From positions 1 to 19,848 of the forward strand of contig JANLOX010000196.1 of the NCBI GenBank assembly GCA_031366795.1: 19,848 nucleotides of DNA, written 5' to 3'. Under the pieces are notes generated by a model. It was not told the origin of the DNA. It ran no database searches and saw nothing but the letters and a program-made list of their open reading frames with translations. Source of the DNA: Candidatus Eiseniibacteriota bacterium. GTDB lineage: Bacteria > Eisenbacteria > RBG-16-71-46. This document shows, one piece after another, positions 1-7,600 of this stretch (position 1 is its first letter; every line of letters starts with the position of its first letter). Made by a program: the position numbers and the translations under genes.

Positions 1-1
1 A

Positions 2-2203
2 GTGCCGGTGACGTTGCGCGGGGCGGGCTCCACGGCGATGGGTGGCTCGGTGCCGAACGATGGCGGCGTGACGCTGGACCTCGCGCGACTCGACATGATC
101 GACGTCGACGTCGCCTGCGGCACCGCGATCGTCGGCGCCGGGGCGCGGTTGCGCCACGTTCACGAGCGGCTGGCGCAGCGCGGCCTGGCGCTCAAGGTCT
201 ACCCCTCGAACTTGGGCGGAACACTCGCGGGCTGGTTCGTCACGGGTGGCGCGGGGCTCAATGCCTTCAGCCATGGCATCGCGGTCGACTCGGTGCGCAT
301 CGCCGACGTCGTGCTACCCAATGGCGAGCACGTGCGTTTCCACGCCGACGGGCGCATCGATGTCCCGGGCGAGACGCCGCCGCATCGCACCACGCTGGCG
401 GGCGACGTCGCGGCGCAGTGGTTCACCGGCCGCGGCCTGCCGCCGCTCACACTGGGCGATTTCGCCGGTAGCGAGGGCGTATTCGGGTTGGTCCTGCACC
501 TCATGGTCGAGGTGGAACCGCTGGCAGAGATCGGCGCCTTCCTGTTGGCGTTCCGTGATCGCGACGCGGCGCTCGAGGCCGCGCGTTGGATCGCGGCGCA
601 GCCTGCGGACGCCTTCGCAGCGCCCTCGAACCTCAAGTTGTTCACGCAATCGCACTTCCACCACGTCGTGCAGGTATGGCGCGACGAGGATTCGCAGGCG
701 TGGCGCACCCTCGCGCAGGGCGCTTCGACTGGCTTGCCGTGGAAGCGCATCGCGGGGCCGAAGGAACTGGGCGTCGTCAAGGTGAGCGAACACGCGGCGG
801 CGGGTGCGTACCTGTTCGTCGACTTCCATGGCCTCGAGGTGGCGCGCGTCTTCGCGCGAGCTCTCGCGGGCTGCCCCGGTACGCCCTTGGGTCTGGGCGA
901 CGCTTCGGTGCGCTTCGCCGCCGAACGGTTCCGCCCGCAGCAGACGAAGCGGCTGGGACCTGGCATGCTCGCGGCCGAAGTCGTCCTCGCGGGGGACAGG
1001 CTGCGCGATTACCTGCGCGCGGCAGAATCCCTGGCGCGCGGGGTGGGCGTTGCGCTCGACAGCGAGGTGTACTTCCTGCGCGGCGGCGAGGCGTTGGTGA
1101 TCGCCGGCTATCTCACGGACCATCGGCGTGGTTCATTCGCTGTGGACCTCACGCTGGCGCCCGCGCTCACCGATCTGGCGATGCGCCGCTTCGGCGGAAG
1201 GCCCTACGTACTTGGCCGCTGGCAGGCTGCGTGGTTCGAGCGCGCGCTGGGCGCCGCAGCACCGCGCATTCGCGCCGCGCGCACCACGGGCGATCCCGGT
1301 GAATTGCTCAATCGCGGCGTCTACACGGGGCTCAAGCTACGTGGCGCGTTGGGGGGCCTGATGACGAGCACATTCGTTCCCGGCATCGGGCTGCTCTCCG
1401 GCGTCTATGCGTCGCCGCTCGTCTCGTGGATCGTTCGCGGTGTTCGCGGCTTGCTGGCGCTGTTTCCTGGTCCCGCCGCGGGCCATGGCGCCCCGGCGCG
1501 CATCGCCGCGGAGCAACCCGCGAGCGAACACGCCATCCATTGCGTCAATTGCGGCGAGTGCAACAGCGTCTGCCCGATCTTCAGCGAATCGAAGATCCGC
1601 CTGCCGCAGATACTCACGCACATCGGCGAAGCCGTGCATGCGGGCGGCGCCGTGAGCGAGAGTGGCGCCACGCTGCTCGACCTGTGCATGCGCTGCGGTA
1701 ATTGCGAGGAGGTGTGCCAGGCCGGAATCCCGCACCTGTCGCTCTACGAAGGATTGCAGCGCGCCTCGGATGCCGTGCGGCCGCGCGACATCGATCGTCA
1801 CTCCGCGGTCGTCGCCGCGGTGCGCGGCTCGCAGCGCTATCGCGAGGAATTTCTCGATGTGCGTGGCGGCATGTACCTGCGGCGCACGCCCGTGGCGCTG
1901 CCCGGCGTGAACCGGTTCGTGGTGCTGCGCGCCGAGAACGACGCGGGGGCGGAGTCGACGTGCATCCACTGCGGTGCCTGCGTGCCCGTTTGCCCGACCA
2001 ACGCCAACCTCGAATTTGCGGCCGCAGACCCGCGGCTCGTCACCACCGATGAGAGTCGTTGCATCGGTTGCGGCTCGTGCGTCGAGGTGTGCCCGGCCAA
2101 CCAGGCCAACGGCGGCCAGACGCTGCGGGTCATGGAAGCACCGACGCCGGAATGGTTTGTGGCCCTGGAGGAGTTCGAAAAAAACGCAAGCACGAGGCAG
2201 TAG
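2..2203 (+). CDS. FAD-binding (PCMH/VAO-type, GlcD/D-lactate dehydrogenase-like) oxidoreductase fused to four 4Fe-4S ferredoxin motifs; probably 5'-partial
   Basis: FAD_binding_4-type motifs (PVTLRGAGST..GG..P..GGVTLDL, GTLAGW, FAGSEGVFG) and a DPGELLNRG end-of-oxidase motif. These are followed by CVNCGECNSVCP, CMRCGNCEEVC, CIHCGACVPVCP and CIGCGSCVEVCP (1541-2095). The frame starts at the window edge inside the FAD domain; TAG at 2201-2203. Confidence 0.85.
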   Translation: MPVTLRGAGSTAMGGSVPNDGGVTLDLARLDMIDVDVACGTAIVGAGARLRHVHERLAQRGLALKVYPSNLGGTLAGWFVTGGAGLNAFSHGIAVDSVRIADVVLPNGEHVRFHADGRIDVPGETPPHRTTLAGDVAAQWFTGRGLPPLTLGDFAGSEGVFGLVLHLMVEVEPLAEIGAFLLAFRDRDAALEAARWIAAQPADAFAAPSNLKLFTQSHFHHVVQVWRDEDSQAWRTLAQGASTGLPWKRIAGPKELGVVKVSEHAAAGAYLFVDFHGLEVARVFARALAGCPGTPLGLGDASVRFAAERFRPQQTKRLGPGMLAAEVVLAGDRLRDYLRAAESLARGVGVALDSEVYFLRGGEALVIAGYLTDHRRGSFAVDLTLAPALTDLAMRRFGGRPYVLGRWQAAWFERALGAAAPRIRAARTTGDPGELLNRGVYTGLKLRGALGGLMTSTFVPGIGLLSGVYASPLVSWIVRGVRGLLALFPGPAAGHGAPARIAAEQPASEHAIHCVNCGECNSVCPIFSESKIRLPQILTHIGEAVHAGGAVSESGATLLDLCMRCGNCEEVCQAGIPHLSLYEGLQRASDAVRPRDIDRHSAVVAAVRGSQRYREEFLDVRGGMYLRRTPVALPGVNRFVVLRAENDAGAESTCIHCGACVPVCPTNANLEFAAADPRLVTTDESRCIGCGSCVEVCPANQANGGQTLRVMEAPTPEWFVALEEFEKNASTRQ

Positions 2204-2348
2204 AAGTCGATAACATGGCCAGACCTTGAGTGCTGTCTGGGATTCCCTGAGGGGTATTGCGCCCCTGCCGGAGGCCCTTGTCCATCGCCGATTCCGTCGG
2301 GTCCGCTTCACTGAGGGCTCGCCGCAGTCGATCACGAGGAGGTACGAG

Positions 2349-4559
2349 GTGTCAGCTTCAGCGCGCAATACCGCACGTACGGCCGTCAACCAACGGCAAC
2401 CCCGCCGCTTCGATTCGCCCCGCCAGCCCGATGGGCACCGCTCGCCCGTCAGCGCCTACTTCGGCCATCATGTTCTCGACCTGCTGAAGCTCAAGGAGCG
2501 CCTGCCGCGCGAGGTCCACCAGTCGTTGCTTGCCACGCTGCGCAACGGCACGCCACTTACCCGCGAGACGGCTGAGTCGATCGCCTCGGTCGCGCGCGAG
2601 TGGGCGACCTCGCATGGCGCGACGCACTTTACGCACTGGTTCCAGCCGATGACCGGGCTGACTGCCGAGAAACACGACAGCTTCATCGACCTGAACGTGC
2701 AGATGGCGGGCGAGCTCAAGGTGCTCGAGCGCTTCTCGGGGTCGCAGTTGACGCAGGGCGAACCCGACGCCAGTTCGTTTCCCTCCGGCGGCGTGCGCAG
2801 CACGTTCGAAGCGCGCGGTTACACCGCGTGGGACCCGAGCTCGCCGATGTTCCTGGTCGAGAGCGACAACGGCCGCACGCTATGTGTGCCCTCGGTGTTC
2901 ATCAGCTACTACGGCGAGAGTCTCGACCAGAAGACGCCATTGCTGCGAGCCCTCGACGCCGTGAACCGCAACGCCGTGGCGTTTCTCAAGCTGCTCGGCG
3001 ACGTCGACGTGCAGTCGGTCGCGGCCACGTTGGGCTGCGAGCAGGAATACTTCCTCATCGACCGCGACCACTTCTCGCTGCGTGCCGACCTCACGATGTG
3101 CGAGCGCACGCTCGTGGGTGCGGCCTCCTCGCGCGGGCAGCAGTTCGAGGATCACTACTTCGGCTCGATCCCGCCGCGCGTGCTGGCGTTCATGGAAGAG
3201 CTGGAGTTCGAGTTGCACCGGCTCGGCATCCCGGTGAAGACGCGCCACAACGAAGTCGCACCCATGCAGTTCGAGATGGCGCCGATCTTCGAGGACGTCA
3301 ACATCGCCAACGACCACAACGCGCTGTCGATGGACGTCGCGCGCAAGGTGGCGCTGCGGCACCACTTCGTCTGCGTGTTCCACGAGAAGCCGTTCGCCGG
3401 CTTGAACGGCAGCGGCAAACACTGCAACTGGAGCCTCACCACCGACCGCGGCGAGAACCTGCTGGAGCCGGGCCGCACGCCGCACCAGAACCTGCGCTTT
3501 CTAGCCTTCATGGCGGTGTGCTTGAAGGCCGTGCACGATCACTCGATCGCCATCCGCTGGTCGGTGGCGAATGCCAACAACGACCTGCGCCTGGGCGCCA
3601 ACGAAGCGCCGCCGGCGATCCTCAGCGCGTTCGTGGGCGAATTGCTGACGCGGGTGATCGACCAGATCGCCTCGGGTGCTGCGCGCGGGGAAGACCCCGA
3701 GCACTTTGTGCTCGAGATGGGCGTCGGCAAGTTGCCGCAGCTGGCGCGCGACAACACCGACCGCAACCGCACCTCACCGTTTGCCTTTACCGGCAACAAG
3801 TTCGAGTTCCGCGCCGTCGGCAGCTCGGCGAATTGCGCGGGCCCGATGATGATGGTGCTGGGCTCGGTCGCCGACGCGCTGGCGCAGATGGCCACGCGGC
3901 TCAAAGCGCGGCTCACCGGCAACAACCGCGACCAGGCGGTGCTCGACCTGCTGCGCGAGGTGTTCACCGAGACGGCGCCGATTCGCTTCGAGGGCAACGG
4001 CTACAGCGACGAGTGGAAGCAGGAAGCCGCGCGCCGTGGCCTGCCGAACATCCCCGATACGCCCGGCGCCATCGCCGCGATCTCGGACCCCAAGGTCAGC
4101 GCATTCCTCGTCGAGCAGGGTATCTTCTCGGAACGTGAGCTGGCGAGCCGGCTCAATGTGTCGCTCGAGCGCTATGTGAAGACGGTGCTGCTCGAAGCGG
4201 AAACCTTGATCGAAGTGCTCAACACGCAGGTGATTCCGGCGGGTGAGCGCCAGCTCGAGGCGTCGGCCGCGGCGGCCGCGCGGCTTGAAGACGTGAGCGG
4301 CAAGCCGTCCGCGCTCAAGAAGCGCGTCAAGCACGTGGTGGCGTTGCTCGACCAGGTCGTGTCGAGCGCCGAGAAGCTCGAGATGCTCGTCGAGGCGAAC
4401 TCGCATGGTCATGACGAAGCAGCACTGGCGCGGCGGTTGGCCAATGAAGTGCGGCCGGCGATGGATGCGGCGCGTCTTGCGGCCGACGAGCTGGAGCACA
4501 TCGTGAACGACGAGCTGTGGGCGATTCCGAAGTATCGCGAGATGCTCTTCGTAAGGTAG
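2349..4559 (+). CDS. glnA: Glutamine synthetase type III (GlnN-like, about 736 aa)
   Basis: GSIII signatures: ATHFTHWFQPMTG, AEKHDSF, GEPDASSFPSGG.RSTFEARGYTAWDP, EQEYFL, HNEVAP, HEKPFAGLNGSGKHCNWS, RLGANEAPPAI, DRNRTSPFAFTGNKFEFR. Start moved from the ORF-track 2226 to the in-frame GTG at 2349, which follows a strong Shine-Dalgarno GAGGAGGT (2336-2343). Confidence 0.95.
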   Translation: MSASARNTARTAVNQRQPRRFDSPRQPDGHRSPVSAYFGHHVLDLLKLKERLPREVHQSLLATLRNGTPLTRETAESIASVAREWATSHGATHFTHWFQPMTGLTAEKHDSFIDLNVQMAGELKVLERFSGSQLTQGEPDASSFPSGGVRSTFEARGYTAWDPSSPMFLVESDNGRTLCVPSVFISYYGESLDQKTPLLRALDAVNRNAVAFLKLLGDVDVQSVAATLGCEQEYFLIDRDHFSLRADLTMCERTLVGAASSRGQQFEDHYFGSIPPRVLAFMEELEFELHRLGIPVKTRHNEVAPMQFEMAPIFEDVNIANDHNALSMDVARKVALRHHFVCVFHEKPFAGLNGSGKHCNWSLTTDRGENLLEPGRTPHQNLRFLAFMAVCLKAVHDHSIAIRWSVANANNDLRLGANEAPPAILSAFVGELLTRVIDQIASGAARGEDPEHFVLEMGVGKLPQLARDNTDRNRTSPFAFTGNKFEFRAVGSSANCAGPMMMVLGSVADALAQMATRLKARLTGNNRDQAVLDLLREVFTETAPIRFEGNGYSDEWKQEAARRGLPNIPDTPGAIAAISDPKVSAFLVEQGIFSERELASRLNVSLERYVKTVLLEAETLIEVLNTQVIPAGERQLEASAAAAARLEDVSGKPSALKKRVKHVVALLDQVVSSAEKLEMLVEANSHGHDEAALARRLANEVRPAMDAARLAADELEHIVNDELWAIPKYREMLFVR

Positions 4560-4573
4560 TACACACGGAAGAT

Positions 4574-4599
4574 GCGGCGGGCCCATGCGGGTCCGCCGC
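4574..4599 (+). other. Intercistronic GC-rich stem-loop (mRNA stabiliser or weak terminator)
   Basis: GCGGCGGGCCC-ATGC-GGGTCCGCCGC forms an 11-bp stem (one G-U) with a 4-nt loop, 14 nt after the glnA stop. It has no real U-tract, and the RBS AAGGGAG (4608-4614) follows. Confidence 0.6.
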
Positions 4600-4620
4600 C
4601 CGTCTTGAAGGGAGTCGCGC

Positions 4621-7600
4621 GTGACGACAGTTGCCGGCAGCCCGCTGAACGCCGCCGACGCTATCAGCGCGTGGGAAGACGTGCTGACACTCGTGGTCGA
4701 GCCCGAAAGTCCACGCGTCGGTGATCGCGCGCGCGCCCGCAGGCTGCTGAGTTTTCTGTTGCAGCGCGCGGGCGTTGAGGAAGCGGCGTTCTGGGCGCTG
4801 CCGAAGGGGCGGCGTGGGCGGCTGTTCCTGTCGCGCTATTCGCGTGCGGCGCGTGACATCGCGGCACTTGAGATCAGCGCCTTCGATCTCGACAAAGCGT
4901 TGAAGGAACGCTTCCGCGACGAGCCGTTGACGGTCGGCGCACAGTGGCACCATGGTTACTGGCGCTCGTACTTCTCGCACGCCGCGATCACGCACCCGGC
5001 GAACGACGGCCTACGCGAGGAGTTCTCGACCGCGTGGGACATCGTGCGCAAGCACCCGGCGGTGGTGTTCCGCACCGCGACCGGACAGAGCGTCACGACG
5101 CTCAATGCCGTACGTCTCGACCTGCCCATGATCGTCGGACCGCTGCCGCACTCGGACGGCATCACCATGGAGCGGGCCTATCTCGAGGCGATCGCCTCGG
5201 CTGACGCTTCGCACGAACTCCACACGCGCTCGCTGCTGGTGATGGAGTGGGCCTCAGTGCTGGCGGAGTTGCCCGCGTTGCTGCCGCATGCGGCGAACCT
5301 ACTGGCGCGGTTGGGCCCGCGTGATGTGGCGGTGCTCGACGCGCGGGGTGAGGAACCCGAAGCGTTGCGCGACTTCTTGAGCGCCACGCGCGTGGTCGAG
5401 TTGGCGTGGACGCCCACAATCGCAGCGGCGCTTGAGCGCATTCGAGTGCGATTCCCGCGCCTGCTGGTATCAGTATGGATGCGCTATTCCGGCGAAGTGT
5501 GCGGTGCCGCGAACGACGCCGAGGGCGCGCCGCGCGACTTCTGGTTGGCGCTCGAACAGGTCGCGAGTCACGAGGGCGTGGCGCTGATTCACTACCACTC
5601 AGGTGCTACGAAAAGCTACCGGTTGACGCCGCGCATCGACGCCTACTTGAAGGCGCGTTTCCTGCGCGCCCGTGTGCAATTGGTCTCGGCGGGCGGGACG
5701 ACCGACACGCAGGCCTCGGCCGCGACGGTCTACGAGTCCGTGCTGCTCGGCGCCAACGGCGGCGCGATGACGCACATCGCCAGCATCGCGCTCGCGCCGG
5801 GCCTGATCGACGTTCACCACGGTGCCGACCTGGCACCCGTGCACCGGGCGCTGCGCGATGCATCGCCTAAAGCGCTGCGTGATCTCGCAATCCACACGAT
5901 CGGCTGTTGGCAGCACAGCATTCTCGACTTCCTTTCATGCATGGGCATCGACGACATCCAGAAGACCTCGGGCAACACCATGGCGATCACCATGACCGAG
6001 GACTGGATCCGCGACGTGGACGTGCTGGCGACGCGGGAGTTCGGCGAATTGAACGCCGCGCTCAACACGCGCCGCGTGAAGGCCGAGCCGGTGCCGGGAG
6101 CGGTGCGCGATCGCTATCGCGTCAGCGCGCTGCTGCGTGAAGTCACGCCCGACCTGCCGCTGGCGCTCGCAGCACAGGTGCTGGCGCACGAGAACGTGAA
6201 CTTCCACCTGCAGAACACGAACCGCAACCTGAGCGCCGATTTCCTCGACGTCATCTATCGCATGGCCGCGGGCGAGCTACCGCGCGCGGAGGACTTTTTC
6301 ATCGAGAGCGACATGGGAACGATGTCGCTCGATGGTGTCGAGCTCAAGCTGTCGCAGGCGTCGTTGCGCGCGGCGCTCGAACGGCTGCATCGCGAACCGG
6401 AGCTGCTCGACTACATCTCGCTCGCGGTGCCACGCGGCTTCCTGCGGCCGGGCGCTGTGCCCTCAGGCGCGGGTGTCGCGGTGCATCGCGCCATGCCGCT
6501 CGGCGTCTCGCGGGGACCGGGAGAAGTGCTGGCGCAGTTCGACGCGGATGCCACGGGTGGATTCGAGCAATGTTTCGAGCACGGGCACGAGTTGGAAGGC
6601 GCGCTCCGTGACGAGGCGCCCGTGTGGCTCGTGGCGCGCGACGCCGAGGGTGGGGAGACGCGTATCGAGCTCACCGCGTTGGGGCACGGCGGCAAGGGCT
6701 ACACCGTCCTGCGGGCCTCGAGCGATGGCGCGGTGACGCTGCGCCGCGAACCCGCGGGCGGCCTCGTGCTGTCGGGCTTCGGGTTCCGCGAACCGATCTG
6801 GCATGCGCCGGTCAGCCACGCCAGCATTTCACTGGGTGCCGCGTCGGAAGAATTCCTCGTCGCGCGCATCGAGGGCAACGCCGGGTTGGCCATGACCTCA
6901 TCGGGCGAGGGCGGGCCGATCCGGCTCGCCGCGGATTCCGACATGGCGTGGGAGAGCATGCAGGCGGCGAGCGGGCACTTCGGCATTCACGCCGCGGACC
7001 TGCGGCGCGTGCGCGACGTCGAGATCAAGATCAACCAGGGCGCCAAGCCGGGCAAGGGCGGGCGGCTGTCGGGCGCCAAGGTCACGCCGACCGTGAGCAA
7101 GGCGCGCAACATCCCCGCGGGCACGAACGCGCTGTCGCCGGATCCCAAACACGATATCTACTCGATCGAGGATATGCCGGCCGAGGTGTGGATGTGGCTG
7201 CTGTACCGCAATTACTGTGGCATCAAGATCACCGGCTCCAACTACACGCGCTACGTCGCCGCGGGCATGTGGTCGAACTTCGTCGTCGACTACCTGCTCA
7301 TCGACGCCGGCATCGGCGGCTCCGGCAACTACCACGCCGACTCCTCGCACGTTGGCTGGCCTGACATCTTCCGCACCATTCTCCACACGCATCACGCGCT
7401 GGTGGCAGAGAAGGTCGATCTCGAGCGCACCGGCGAGCTCACGACCATTCGCGACATGAACGGCAGTCCATTTGGCGCACAGGGCGGCACGCGCCTGTTC
7501 GCCTCGGGCGGCCTGCGCGGTGAACTCGACATGATCAAGGTGTTGATCGCCGGAGCCGATGGGCTGGTCGAGGCGAGCATCGGCAAGGCCGTGGCATTTG

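Noticed and set aside
2226..2348. N-terminal extension of glutamine synthetase in the ORF track
   Set aside because: TTG start without an RBS; a strong SD precedes the GTG at 2349, which gives the normal GSIII length.
2600..4138. Long alternative-frame and antisense ORFs (also 6898-8196, 8566-9690, 16779-17888, 17837-19255)
   Set aside because: Arg/Ala/Pro-rich shadow frames typical of high-GC coding DNA; they overlap well-supported genes and have no motifs.
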